DNA of 63,899 nucleotides, filler included, from Octopus bimaculoides (GCF_001194135.2; 4 parts of 4 records of this genome joined end to end with filler, not necessarily neighbours in it), one strand, 5' to 3'. Shown: positions 1 to 14,232, numbered from the whole stretch's first letter. Notes: generated by a model not told the origin, from the letters alone. Numbers and translations: made by a program.

Positions 1-429
1 GATTCTCTGCTGCCATCGCCAGCACACATTGCTCAAGGCAAACAGTCTAAGGAAGCACATAAGTCTCAGGTGACTCCTGGCTCGGCTGATGTCGCTAAAG
101 TTATCAGGCAGTACAAGGCCGGAGATCCTGTGTATGCACTATACTATGGACCTCGCCGAGACAAAGATCCCCGATGGGTACCAGCAATCATTAAGAAGTC
201 ATTGGGTACTCGCTGCTTTAACGTGAAGGTCATACCTCATGGCCCGATGTGGAGACGACACTGGGAACAGCTGCGACCGCGGTACACAACTGAGGAAGAC
301 AATGAACCTGGTGATGCAGAAAACACTGTATTTGAATTTGCAACAGATCACCCGATGGAGATCTCTGCGAGTCTTCCGAGGGAAATACAACAGACAGGCT
401 GGTCGCGGGTGGAATGTCTTTCATCATAG
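1..429 (+). mobile_element. Ty3/Gypsy LTR retrotransposon pol C-terminus (post-integrase region, K02A2.6-like), cut by window start
   Basis: Frame 1 is open from base 1 (DSLLPSPAH...). It contains YKAGDPVYALYY...WVPAIIKKSLGTRCFNVKV...RRHWEQLRPRY, the typical F/YxxGDxV...W...G...RRHxxQL tail of Gypsy pol. No LTR or PPT could be delimited. Confidence 0.8.
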
Positions 430-1506
430 ATCTACTAAATTTATATTGATCTGGCACTAAACGGCATGTACTCTACCAGTAGTTTTTTTGTTCCATTTTT
501 CTTCTGTTTCTTTTTCCTATTTACTTTGTCTTTTTTAAGCTATTTTCACTTAGGTGTAGTCACTTAGTTATTTACCAAACTTGGAGTGGCATCTGAAAGA
601 ATTCGGAATATATGGGTATTGTGATGTTCATGTCTTTCCTCGAGTGCATAATCAGTATAAGTGAATTGTTTCTGCCAAAACTGTGATGGAAACCCATTCT
701 CTTTCCCTTCTTATACTGTTTGTTCTCTGACAGCTGTCTTGTTCAGTGCATTTACAGTATATTGCATTAATATATATTGCGACGAAAACAAACATAAACA
801 CACACACACGCACGCTTACATACACACCACGCACATTATGCACATGCACACCTCACCATACCACACACAAACACACACATATATATATGTTTATACACAC
901 GCTGACAGTAATCAAAACAGATATGTTGAACTGGTGATTTTAAAATTGTTTGACAGACACTGTGCAGTGAAATGCTTGTTCAGTAGTTTATTTAGATAGA
1001 GCAGTGGAATTCGCATTAAATCATAGTGGCTGGCAATTTGTGTGGATTTTGTTTCAGTCAGAACTGAAAGAAAATCGATCGATAGAAACTTCTTAACCGA
1101 CTGATCAGACCCTAAACATCCGCAGCTGATATTATCTGTAAAATCAGAATGTGTAAATAAAACCTGTCATTTTTTCCCCTCCATCTGCAAATACAAATCT
1201 GCTGCCCTGTTCTTTGTTTTGCATTGTTTTGTTTTACTCCATTTTTTTTCTAATGATTCCTTCTTTTGTTAATAATGTTTTTGTTTTTTTTTTTATTCAG
1301 CAGACTTTTCGTTATTCTTTTGATGTATAACAAATATTTCGCCAGATAATTGATCTGAAATCGCATGTTAACTTGGAATATGGACAAGTTATGTTAGTTT
1401 CTGTATTTGCCAATTATGAAACGTACACACGCATGTTTTATTATTGCAGTTTAAGTCATTAGGAAGGTAGATATACCTCTATGAGGTGCTAAGCTTATAA
1501 TTTCTG

Positions 1507-1512
<6 letters not shown>

Positions 1513-1589
<77 letters not shown>
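1513..1589. repeat. (CT)n microsatellite
   Basis: Perfect dinucleotide run. Confidence 0.97.
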
Positions 1590-1592
<3 letters not shown>

Positions 1593-2002
1593 GCCATCAG
1601 GATTTCTGCTTGCTAAAATTTGTTATATAAACTGTGCCGAATATTTGTGAGTGTATAAGTGTTTGTGCGTACGCGTTTGTTTGTCTGTGAATCTGCGTCT
1701 GTGTGTGTGTGTGTCTGTGTGCTCGTGCGCTTGTACATGTATGTATGTGTGTGTTTGTGTGTATGTGTATGATTGCGTATGTTCGCGAAGTAGATAAAAC
1801 AGAGGAAGGCAATTTTCTTTATGTTGCCTGTCTCGTTTCTCTATTTGTTTCTTTCGTTGTTCGAAAAAAATTCGTTTTCCATGCTTTTGTCTTTTATGTG
1901 CTCGTTTCTCATTTTGTTCACGTTTTTTTTTTACGTCCCGTATCCATATATACCTGTATATGTACATATATATGCAGGCATGTACATGTATGTGCGTATA
2001 TA

Positions 2003-2400
<398 letters not shown>

Positions 2401-2760
2401 ACAATGGGAAATGTGTTTCCTGTGTTCTCTGCGTGCAGTAAAAAAGACGGATGATCACGGTGAGAATGCTTTTAGTCAGAGGTTTACTTGGTCAGGTCTA
2501 ACCGAGAATTAGACAACTCTAGATGAGATGAGGGAAAGATAAGTGCAATAATAAAATCAACAAGAAAGTCCAAATTTCTTGTTGCCACAAGGAAGTGGCA
2601 ATTAGAAATAAATATTAAGATTTCAGCAAAATATAAATTTCTCAGTATAAACAAATATAGCTATGACTTATATTGCTTTTCCAAAAAGCACAGGAAATAA
2701 GTCTGGATATGTTTCGATCTTATTCTGATCTTTTCAGAGAAGCAGTTCTGCAAAATAAGA

Positions 2761-3638
2761 GGTGAGGGTATTATATTAACCATGAGTAATGTTTTTATCT
2801 CAGCAAAAATTTATTTCTAATTAACTTTTTGATGTACATTGTATGAAATATTATCACTGACTTAAATATTGGTTTTCATACTTTGTGCAATGAACTTGGC
2901 ATGAAGAAGGCTTCTGCACAGGTGTCACCTCTTCTGACACCTGATCGATTATGCACCAGACTAAACACATCACAGGAAAATCTGGTATTGTTTTAGGTAG
3001 ATCCAGCTGGCTTCCTTGAACGTTTGCTAACCCAGGATGAGTGTTGGTTTCCTTATTTTGAGCCAGAGATAAGAATAAGAGACACTCCATGCAGTGGAAG
3101 CCCCTTCTCATCTGCTCTAAAGAAGGCCAAGATTGTTTCATCTGCTGGGGAGGTGATGCAAAAGGTATTGTGTTTATTGACTATATTCAAAAGAACTACG
3201 CCATCAACGGAGATTACTATGACAACTTGCTGAAGCAGTTATGAAACGCTACGGAAAACCAAACGCACAGGAAAACTGACGAAAGGTGTCTCATTTCATC
3301 AAGATAATGCTCCAGCAAACAAATCCTTGGTTTCAATGGCTTCTGTGCGTGACTGTTCACCTTCGATATTCTCCTGATTGGACCCCATCTGACTATCGTC
3401 TGTTCCTCAACATGAAAAAATACTTAGCTGAGAACCAGTGTCGCAGTGATGATGATATGATATTTATTGTTGACGACTCTTTTGTTCAACAGGATAAAGG
3501 TTTCTTCACTAATGGGATCCAAGCATTGCAGCACTGATGAAAAACGTGTATGGACCTTAAGAGGGACTATGTTGAAAAATCAACCGCATTTGGTCACATT
3601 CCATGAGAGTATCTTGATTGTTTCAGTCGACCCTCGTA
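2761..3638 (+). mobile_element. Degenerate mariner (DD34D-type) DNA transposon, transposase pseudogene
   Basis: Frameshifted pieces: LGMKKASA, LTQDECWFPYFEPE, KKAKIVSSAGEVM, FHQDNAPA, YSPDWTPSDYRLFLNMKK, FFTNGIQALQH, DYVEK. The 3' end CCCTCGTA is a mariner-like TIR end plus TA. Confidence 0.9.
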
Positions 3639-4427
3639 AACAATCTACAGCAATGAAGAAATGATTCATCGAATGAACACGTTCCAGTACAACAAATACC
3701 CCATCCCTCAAGTAACGGTTATAGCTACTTTCAGGAACAAAGTAGAAGCCAAACCACACTCCCACACTCCCCCCGTGTCTCTATCTTTACTCTAACATTT
3801 TCCCCAAGAAAAGTCAGAAAATTTGTAACACTTAAAATTGAAACTAGTTCAAGATTAATACCAGTCTTTACGGTTTGCTAACCAAAAGTTGAACCAAATC
3901 CAAAACGTAAAACCAGTCATCCCTTCTAAGATCACATACCACAATCATAAATACACACCTAGAAATCTCCAATGCCAACAGCCTACTTTTAACTTCAGAA
4001 ATCTCTAAATCTGCCTAATCCTTTCGTTACCAAATTCCTGTTAAAATACATTCCTTTTGTTTTAATTAATTTTGGTAATAATGAAGAATTTAGTAAAATA
4101 GTTTAATCATTATTAAACTGGAGTTTAAAACATAAAGTAATCTGAAACTGCTATGGAAGGTTTTAATTTAGTTCACTTTGAAAATATTAACAATTTTTAG
4201 CACTATTATATAAAGAAATAATTAGACGTAAAATATAAAATTTATTAGAAATTGGAATCAAATGTGAAAATATAATCAAGAGGCTATCAGAAAACCGCCC
4301 AGAGAGCGGTCTTACTGCTAGTATATTCTATACAGTTTCTACAATGCTACATTAAGAAGCTTTTTTATGAGTACTACCGGATTACTCGAATCGATATTTT
4401 GTGACTTAAATGTGTGTGTGTGTACAC

Positions 4428-4553
4428 TGCTCACAAGGCTCTGGTCGGCCCGAGGCTACAGTAGAAGACACTTGGCCAAGGTGCCACGCAGTGGGGTTGA
4501 ATCCGGAACCATGCGTTTGGGAAGCAAACTCCTTACCACACAGCCACGTCTCC
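4428..4553 (-). mobile_element. tRNA-derived SINE family A, 5' head only
   Basis: Matches the heads at 52210-52345 and 61021-61180; B-box-like GGTTCxxxxC and CORE-like CCTTGGxCAAGT. Confidence 0.85.
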
Positions 4554-5498
4554 AGCATTTTTACAACCCAATGAGTGAAATCTGTAATTTATTTTTTGTT
4601 TTAAATCTTATCTTAATTTATTCATCTTACCTATAGAATATATGAACACATCAAATACAACGCTAAGAAAGTCATCAGTTATTTTAAAGTATTACAAAAA
4701 ATTTACTCAAAAAATTAAATGCCTGCAATACAACAAATAAAACTTCAGATAACAAAGTTATAAACTTCAGTCACTCTTTCATTAGACGCGTTACTACTCT
4801 TTCCCGCTCGCTGACCAGGTATTTATAAGCATTTACAAAACATTTACATAAACAATACAAAACAAAATAAGACAAGGAACAAATGAAGGAGTCTTTATCA
4901 TGTCGCTTTATCTGCTTGAAATAGCAACCAAATCTTCTTTAAATAACACTCTACTGTCTTAAAATGTTAAATCATGTAGAATAATATAGAACCAGATAAA
5001 CTACGTATAAAAGATACAGGATGATCACGAAAGGGTCTAAAATGAACACGACTCCTGGGTTGCTAAATCACAGCTTCTATCTGGAAGACAGTGACCGCTA
5101 ATTCGGCATCTCTTAATGCGTTTCTGACAGCTCCAAGCTCCTAGCTCCCGGCAAATCGAGCAACGAGTTTTCGATGACAACGAAGCTCTATTATCCTTTA
5201 GCAGACAAGAGCCTGAATCTCCTATCATTTCAGCTACTTGGCTAGAATAATTACAAATATTGTAATCGCTTCCGAAAATAGTTATTCTAGAATTGCATAT
5301 TTTGAAGTTGCATGCAGACTAAAACTTCATTGGTACTGATCGATTTGAAAGACATCTGCTCTAACAAGATTACTCATATTAAACGTAAACTCTTGCCTAG
5401 CATTAGTAACGATTTGTAAAGCTTAACTTAAGATTATCCACTTCTACGCATACAAACCAAAAATTTTATAAGAAAGTAGTCAATTGTTAACAGCGGCA

Positions 5499-5500
<2 letters not shown>

Positions 5501-5581
<81 letters not shown>
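5501..5581. repeat. (TG)n microsatellite
   Basis: Perfect dinucleotide run. Confidence 0.97.
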
Positions 5582-5585
<4 letters not shown>

Positions 5586-8202
5586 ATGTGCAGTTTAATT
5601 CGTCTTTCATTCTGTCACAGAATTCATACGAAATTTCCCACTCAATTAGGATTTGTAATATCAAAAATAGCATTTGATTTTCGTATAACTTCCTCTCCTC
5701 ATCCCCAGTAATGATATAACTCTTAATTTACTGCATATTTAATCGATAATGCAGTTAATTTTGATTTAGTTTGAATAGGTTCAAGGCTAATATTTTCAGA
5801 GTAAAATTGAGTGCATCGATACTATATATGATTAATATTAATATTATTAATTGCGAAAGACGAAGCTAACTTAAAAAGGTCATTACTAGACCTCTTATCT
5901 AGCTTCCAGAATTTCCAGAAAGCCTAGGATACTGTATAATATCTTACAATATACTGTGAAATATCTCAATATACTTTATTGAGTAATCAGATCTTGTTGC
6001 TTTAAGTTGGTTAATTTGCATAAGATGTGATAATAATTTACTTCTAAGTGTTTTGATGAAGGTTAAACATTCTCGGTTTTAGATACCAGTATCTGTTGAA
6101 TAAAATCATATTCTTAACTTTTGCTTCGTTTATTTTTCATCTTATAAACATTATACTGTATACATGGTACGATATGAATTATTTTAAAAGGATTAATAAA
6201 TATCAAACATACACTGCATTTGAAGTGTGTTAATTTGAATCAGTTAAATACAGTTTAGGTCTTTACTTCACATAGTTTATTTTATATTTTAAGTATATAT
6301 TTAAAATGTCTCCAGAAAATAGGAAGAGTCAAAAATCCGTGACACTTCCGATCCCAAGCTTGCCAGATAATTAGTATGGTACTGTAAATGAAATCAGAGA
6401 GACGAAACAAAACACTGGAATCAGTTTATTGATTTTTCACCCCGAATAGGACTTAACCGAACACAACATTGCTGATTCAAAAAATCTATATTCATACTTT
6501 TTAAAGTTGGTTTTCACACCCAACCCAGTTCTGCAGAATCAGTGCCGCGACGGGAACGCATGGGTCGGGAGTTTGAGGGGCAGAGGTGATCAGGTTGCAC
6601 ATACTGGCCCTTTCGAAACCACCACTCCCATCATCTAATCCCCCTTGGCCCATGGGTTGAGAGCCCTTCCAGCAAGGAAAATAGAACGCCCAAAAGGGCT
6701 CCCGATCCTCTGTGTCAGAAGAGGTTATGTTTGGATCACAACTAAGCCTTAACCTAAGCCTAAGCTAACCTAGCAAAAGGGGGCTCAGGAGCCTCTGAAA
6801 GGCAGTAAGTAATCCCGATCTAGACCTAACCCCTCATAGGGGTACTATCGGTCAAAGCTGCAACGAAGATATGCATTGGAGAAGGTCGCCTCGGAGATCT
6901 GCATCGAAGATCTGCATTGGAGAAGGTTACATCGAAAAACAGCAGCATCCAGAAATTTTTAAAATATAAAATTTCTGGAGAGTTAGAGCTTCGAACAAAC
7001 AAACAACGACAGAGTGGCCGTACAAAGTAAACAATCGACGACGACAAACATTAAGGGCCGTTAGGCCAAGAAGCATTGTAATGGGTAACGCATGGGAGGA
7101 ATTTTGAAAGGATATAGAATAAATACAAGAGAAGAAAATAATAGAAGAGAAAAAATGTCGGGAAGGGAGGAAAATGACGTCCAGCAAAGTACACGTCGCG
7201 TCCAGAAGAGACAGAGGTGAGAAAAGAATGGCCTGTAGTCACGTGGGAACAAACAAGCAGAGGAGAAGGGAGACAAGAGTGAGGATGAGGGAAAGAAACA
7301 AAGGGAGTGAGGAGAAGGGAGAAGGAACGAATGATAGTAAGGGATGGAAGAAAGATAGGGGGGAAACAAAGAAGGAGGGGGGAAACGGAAAATAAAGATG
7401 ATTGTAGAGGGTTAGAAAGAAAAAAAAAACGAAAGAAAGAAAGAAAGAAGCATAACGTCTCCACAGTTGTCGGCTGTTAATTACTCCCTATTTCGAGCTT
7501 TCTTTTGGTATTTTGTCCCGTACTTGTTCCTCATTATGTGTTTACGTATATTTCTCTCGTTGGTGATGTCCTGTACTTGATGTATTTTATATTTATTTAT
7601 ATATATATATATAGATTTCTACATATGATGTTCATTTAATCCTGTCGAATCTTGCTTTTCTCCAATATTTTATTATTGATTTCTTAAATTGTACTTGTAA
7701 CAAATACACTTCATGGCTATAGATGTGTGTGTGTTTGACCGTGCATGAGATATCGAAGGAAGCACGCAAGAGTCCGTTGGATCATAAAGGTATCTAACCA
7801 GTCGAGGTCGCACAATAGATTTAGAGATCAATTTTACTTTAATATTGATGACAATACTGAAAGCTACTGGAAATGAATGCTGACATCAGTAGTTGACTTA
7901 AATGGACTAGTTACCTGCCATAGAGTACTTATCTCGTCCGCTCATTTTTAAATTCTATATGCGTTGGCTTTGACTTTTTTTCTTCTGCAGTGTGGTAGGT
8001 GGTACGATAAAAGGTTAGCGTTGAGGGAAGTGTATCAGCTCTGTATGTACCGAGGACCTTATTAAACGGATCTCCTGTCGCCTGTTTTGGCTTTTGTCAG
8101 AAACCCTCGACTATAAATGTTTTATAGGTACATATTAGCCATTCAAAAACATGAATATTGTTGACTTTACTTAAACTTTGCTGAAAATTATATTATATAT
8201 AC

Positions 8203-8349
8203 ACGGATGGAATAGGAGTGTAGGCATACTCCTTGCGGAGAAATGGGTGGATAAGGTCATAGAGGTTGTCGGGGTATGCGATAGAGTGCTTAAGCTCAGG
8301 CTTGTCCTGCAGAACAGCACAGCTACAATTATCTCTGTCCTCTGTCCAG
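8203..8349 (+). mobile_element. RTE-clade LINE apurinic endonuclease fragment
   Basis: SVGILLAEKWVDKVIEVVGVCDRVLKLRLVLQNSTATIISV, typical of the RTE APE domain (GVG...DR...ISAYAP region). Confidence 0.75.
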
Positions 8350-8584
8350 TCAAAGCATGGATAGAGGACAAGCGGCGGCGGCCTCCTCTGCCTATTAGGT
8401 AGCACCGCTTCTTTCAGGTCAACCATTTGACTCTAAACAATGCCAAAGAAAAAAGCAAAGAAAGGCGAGAACCCGATATAGAAATAAATAACAAGATAAC
8501 TTACTAATTATATGCACTCAACGGGAACGACTGACCTTTATAGAAAAATAGGCATTTATAATACAGAAACTTATATAAGTATTT

Positions 8585-8690
8585 TTTATCTTTCACTTGT
8601 TTCAGTCATTAGACTGCGGAGAATTAAACCGCCTTGAAGAATTTTTTTTAGCCGGATGAATGGACCCCAGTAATTTTGTTTTATTAAAGA
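8585..8690 (-). mobile_element. SINE family A 3' tail fragment
   Basis: cttgtttcagtcattagactgcgg matches the tail at 58395 and 58788. Confidence 0.6.
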
Positions 8691-8960
8691 CCGTCATATA
8701 TGTACATATGTGTGGGTGTGTGCATGGGTGTGTGCGTGGGTGTGTGTGTATGTGTGTCTGTGTGTGTGAACTGGGTGTATATTTGTCCTCCACCACCGCT
8801 TGACAACCGGTGTTAGTGTGTCTACGTCGCCGTAACGAGACCGATAGCATAAGTACCAGGCTTTAAGGAATAAGTCCTGGAGTCAACTTGTTCGACTAAA
8901 ACCCTTCAAAGCGCTGCCCCAGCATAGCCGCAATCAAATGAGTGAAACAAGTAAAAGATA
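8691..8960 (+). mobile_element. SINE family A, 5'-truncated (internal TG repeat plus 3' tail)
   Basis: ccgtcatata, (TG)n, gcttgacaaccgg...ccgatagcataagtaccagg...ccccagcatagccgcaatcaaatgagtgaaacaagtaaaa; reverse complement of the 58370-58625 copy. Confidence 0.85.
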
Positions 8961-10295
8961 GCGAATCCAAGAAGCGATTTGCTTCATATATATCAGTCAA
9001 TAACTTATTACGAGTGTGATGCGATGGAATCATGTCAGTGACCAGGTCGCAGTCGGTGAAGCAAAAATGTTTAAGTGAATAAGTCATCAATCACTGTGTG
9101 TTTTTGAATGACCAATATGTAACTTCCACACTGCAGTAAAAAAAAAAGTAACGTATAATGAAAGTCCATATTGAAGCAGTGTGGAAAATGTGTTTACCGT
9201 CCTAAAATACAAAAATCAATTAAATTTATCTGTACAACTAGAAGTATGGCATATGATTTCAATGATTTACAAATAAAGAGTATTAAAATTTGTGTGGGCC
9301 TGAGTAAGTTTAATTGGATAAGGTATGGGCATATAATTATTTTATTATATAACGAGAAAATTGCGGCAAAGCTGTGTGATAGTTGTGTCAGACGTGGCAT
9401 ACAGACTTGTTTGACGTTCGAATTACGTTTTTATTCTTCTCTTTCGTTTTACGAACCCAGTGAACACATGCGATTTGCTTGTTCATACGTCTCTTTCCGG
9501 TTTTTACTCAAAGCTGTTTACAGATCACAAACAACCATCTAACGAACGTGCCTTTCGTGAGAAGCGCTTCGCGCTCCGATGGTTGTTAAAGGATGCTAAA
9601 TTTACATACATTTTACATTTAATTAGATAAGATCTATGAAGGCAGCTATTTCAGTATATAAAAAAGGCTGTTTTTCAACTGTTAGTCCATAGTTTCTACA
9701 CCTTGGACAACTAACACCAACTGTTTTCAGAAATGAGCGTTGCTTTTTGGTACGGCTTTTTTCGCCAAAGCTTCACAAAGTACCAATCCGACCAGAGTAA
9801 AGTTAAACTAAAACTATTTTCTTAACTTTCTTCATCAACTCGATGTTTTGTTCTCTTCCTTACTTCAAAATAGATCAACACGCTATTAAAATAGTTGGAA
9901 AGTGATGACATAATGAGGGCTGTGTGAGCTGTTGCGTTTAGCAATTAACTGAATGAAATTGGCAGTATAGGGAAAATACATCAGCTATAATAGAAGAGGG
10001 AGTAAAATAAAATTATACACTATTAGGAATAATCCATACAGAAAAGAACACTTTTGTATAAAAGGGATAACAATTCAGTTTTCCGATTAAATTTCAATTC
10101 ATTTCAAACCAATTCGAAGGGTATCAGATTACAATATATGAAAGAATAAAGCAGATAATAAAGCATTTATAGTCGAGGATTTCTGATAAAAGCCAAAATT
10201 GGCGGCAGAGTGTCCGATTAATAGCGTCCTCGATGCTTACAGAGCTGATACGCTTCCGCCATCGCCGCCGTCGATACCACCATCACTACCACCAT

Positions 10296-10297
<2 letters not shown>

Positions 10298-10359
<62 letters not shown>
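10298..10359. repeat. (CTA)n microsatellite
   Basis: Perfect trinucleotide run. Confidence 0.95.
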
Positions 10360-10361
<2 letters not shown>

Positions 10362-11006
10362 GAGGCACTCTAACCACAAATCAGAACTACAAGAACTGTG
10401 ACTTCTTCGATGTGAATAAGTAACTATGCATCGTGTCGAGTAGCTTCAGAAGAGAAGATAAAGACGATTGAATCTACCCCCATTTTGTACCCTATTTTCC
10501 AGATAATGCCACTCACTAACCTTTTGTCGTACCACCCACCACACCGCAGAAGAAAAAAGTCAAAGTCAACGCATATAGAATTTGAAAATGAGCGGACGAG
10601 ATAAGTACTCCATGGCAAGTACCTAGGCCATTTAATTCAGCTACTGATGTCAATATTCATTTCCGATAGCTGTTAGCATTGTCATCAATATTATTATGTA
10701 ATATTGATCTCTGAATCTATCGTACAACCTCGCCAGGTTAGCTGCCCCTATATCCCCAACAGACTCTTGCGTGCTTTCATCGATGTCTCCTGCACGGTCA
10801 AACACACACACACACACATCTATAGCCATGAAGTGAATTTGTTACAAGTACAATCTAAGAAATCAATAATAAAATATTGGAGAAAAGCAAGTTTCGACAG
10901 GATTAAATGAACAGCATATGTAGAAATCTGAGTGTAGAAATCTGAGGGTAAGTTAACTGCTTGTATTTACTTGTAAATATAGGAATGCATTACTATTTAA
11001 TGACAT

Positions 11007-11054
<48 letters not shown>

Positions 11055-12273
11055 TTAGATGAGTTAGAGGTTAAAATAACTTCTATAAGTATCCATTACA
11101 CTACCGGTATATTACCTATATTTTACCATGGGCATACATATGCAAACATATTATGTTCATAAGTTATTGGTAAAAACAAGCATAAACATGGGTTTATCAA
11201 GGATTCAAATTTAAAGAAATCAGAGAAGTATTGATGAACAACAATTGACGTACACCAATTATTATTGATTCAATACAAATAGACTGCATCCCATCTAACA
11301 GCTGTTTTTGTTTCCAATGCTGTATGGCAATGGCATTGATATGCAAAAATATGTAAAAATATTGATCATATTTGGTAATAAAACCGATCTAAACTAGGAA
11401 CTTTATCAAAGGGAAGAATAAATAAAGAAGAAGAGCACAGAGAAGAAAAAAAGAAGAGTTGAATATGGTTGTAATCATAGGTTTTAGTCGGAGAAGAGGT
11501 GTAGATATAGTAAGGTTTTATATTTAATAGTATTAATAGTATTTAATAGTATTAATAGTATTAATCATAATAAAGTGCTAATCGGTTAAATATAATTTAT
11601 TTATTTACTAGTAGGTGGTTAAGCTCTTTCACCTGTTGTCCAAAGTGAGATAGGCCAAGGTCCAATCCAATGTTCGATGTAATTTAAAACAAAAGACCAG
11701 CTATTGAGACCGTTATACGGGTTAAGATAAATAAATAGATAAATAGGAAGATGGTGGATGTTGTAAGGGGCCCTAAAACGCTTAGGATAGTAAATACTGG
11801 ATTAAAACAAATAATATTATGGAATAAATATTAAGAGAGGAGCCTATTGAAATAGTCCAACAGTTTATTAATATAAATGCGAAATTAGTAAAAGCAATGA
11901 AACGCATTAATTCCATGGGTAAGTTATTGACATATTTCTGGTTAAGGAGAGGTAATAACTAGGGTAAGTGGCCATAATTAGTGACGTTAAAGCTATTAAC
12001 AAAGTGTACTTGTCAGCAGAGCCAATGATGACCTCATGACCCTCATAGCACGAAATAAAGATATATAGAGCAATGGGTGGGGGAACAATTTATGACACCA
12101 GCACTTTTCAAGTGCCAGATGATTTAATGTTAGTGCGAATGCCACTGAGAATATACAGGAACATTAGGGAGGAACCTTGAATCTAAATGTCACGAGCAGA
12201 TTTTTAATGGGCTCCCAAAGGAACCCCAACTAAACTCGGAGGTCTCACCACCTGACTACTCTGTCCGGCCAAT

Positions 12274-13960
12274 ATGACGAATATTAAAATAGGTTACATA
12301 AATGTACGTGGTCTGGGGTCGTCCTGGAAGCAAGGTCGCTTGTTCAATTACCTCAGGTTGCTGGGTTTGGATGTGGTAGCCGCTAGTGTGACCAGGGTTT
12401 CTGACACGCATGCACTAGCTCCCATTTTTGACGACTTTGAGATGTACGCATGTCTTCGTCGACCTGGAATAGAAGGCGAGATGGCAGTGCTGTTTAGGAA
12501 ATGCCTGGATCTCGAGATACGTACGAATCTTATTGGAACCGGATGGTAAATTGTTGATCCTGAATGTGAACTATAGCGAAGATGGTGATTTTAGATTAGC
12601 TGCTGCGTACGCCTCGGCGTTTTAGCTGAATTTCTTCAAATGTTTGGAGGTTTTCATTGGGATGTCTCGCTCTTTATTTCTATTGGGCGATCGGAACACC
12701 ATCTTGGACGCACGCCTGGATAGGGTCGGGCTTGCCTGTAGGAGAGTAGGGTGTAAACGCCTCAAAAACCTGCTCAGCCGCTTCCAAATGGCTGACAATT
12801 ACCGAGAAGATTTCCCAAATGCGCCAATGTAGACATGAACAAACAGCATCGGGTCTTCTAAGTCGTATCTAGATAGAATATTCTGTTGGACAGCAGATAA
12901 AGGTAGCATAAATTTCCACAATTCAAGACCTAGATATAGAATCTGTGGATACTGGAAGCTGAAAGCAAATTTTCCAACTCGTCAAACTTTCAGAGACCAG
13001 CTTAACAAATTAGTCCATCGCAAGCTGTTAGGTGCGGTCGTTAACAACCGATGGTGGATGTCACTGAAAAAGTTATTAGAATAGAGTCGTTTAGTAAAGA
13101 ATTCGTGTTAGAGGAATGTAGAATAGAGGGAAACCTAGTTAAGAACCAGAAGAGGTACATGGTAGAGGCATAGTGACCAACGTGCTGGCGGTGAGATTGG
13201 CTCTTGATCAATTCTTCAGTGCCAAGCATGAAGGTTGCGTTTCAGAGCTAGGGTGACAGAATGAAAGCCGTTTGATGGGTTCGAGTGGCGGAGGTGCAAC
13301 GTCGAAACAAGCCCACAATTCGTTCTTTGACGCGCCGGGGCGGACTGTTGCTACTCGAGTCCAAGCAGATGTGTGCCTTAACAAGGGCGTGGGGTGAGGT
13401 GGGGTTTATTAGGGGAGGGAAGCAAAATAGATAATTTTAGGCCCGTAACTTTGCTAAACGCAGATTACAAAATTTTGGTCAAGGTGTTCGCCAAGGGGTT
13501 GGTGCTTATTGTCGACAAACTGGTCGGTGACGCGCAGACATGCACTATCTCAAACAGATGTATCCATGACGACCTCATAGAGATGCTAGGTATGAATCCT
13601 GGCATGGGTGGGACCCTGATCAATTTGGATGAATCAAAAGCTTTTGATAGAGACGACCACCAATACTTGGAGGTTGTCCTCGCATCTGTCGGTTTCGGTA
13701 CCGTTTTCAGAGGTTGGATCGCTGTAATGTAGAACGACTTCTGATTGGTGGTCAAAGTGAACCGCCACCAATCAGAATCGTTTAGCATCGTACGTTCGGT
13801 TCGCGAAGAATGCCCACCCTTTCGGTATGTGTTGGTCCACGAGCCATTGCTGTGGGAGCTGAATGATTCGAGGGGCATCTCGCATGAACTAGGCTGCAGG
13901 AAGTTCTTTCGGCTTATGCGGACGACGTCACCGTAATAATGTTGGACATTTCGGAAATCG
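12274..13960 (+). mobile_element. L1/Tx1-clade LINE ORF2 relic (endonuclease + RT), internally deleted and frameshifted
   Basis: KIGYINVRGL (EN start), LLGDRNTILD (GDFN motif), SYLDRI, NFRPVTLLNADYKILVKVFAKGL, INLDESKAFDR, RSVREECP (degenerate SVRQGCP). Confidence 0.85.
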
Positions 13961-13976
13961 AGGTGACAAGAAAGAA

Positions 13977-14159
13977 AGAAACAAACAAACAAACAAACAA
14001 ACAAACAAACAAACAAACAAACAAAGACTTGCGTGGAATACAAACAAATAGTAAGATAACTAACCAACTATGAGCATCCAAACAGAACGAGCGACCGATC
14101 AAAAAATTACAATTTATAATCACGGAACCTATATAGATAGATAGATAGATAGATAGATG

Positions 14160-14195
<36 letters not shown>

Positions 14196-14201
14196 CATAC
14201 A

Positions 14202-14232
<31 letters not shown>

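Noticed and set aside
4015-4200. Possible piggyBac-type MITE start (taatcctttcgttacc)
   Set aside because: No matching second TIR or TTAA duplication found; rests only on recollection
6745-6775. Telomere-like CCTAA units
   Set aside because: Only a few degenerate units; not an interstitial telomeric array
10490-10610. Splice-acceptor-like ccctattttccag followed by a short ORF (MPLTNLLSYHPPHRRRKK...)
   Set aside because: No recognisable domain and no partner exons; such sites arise by chance
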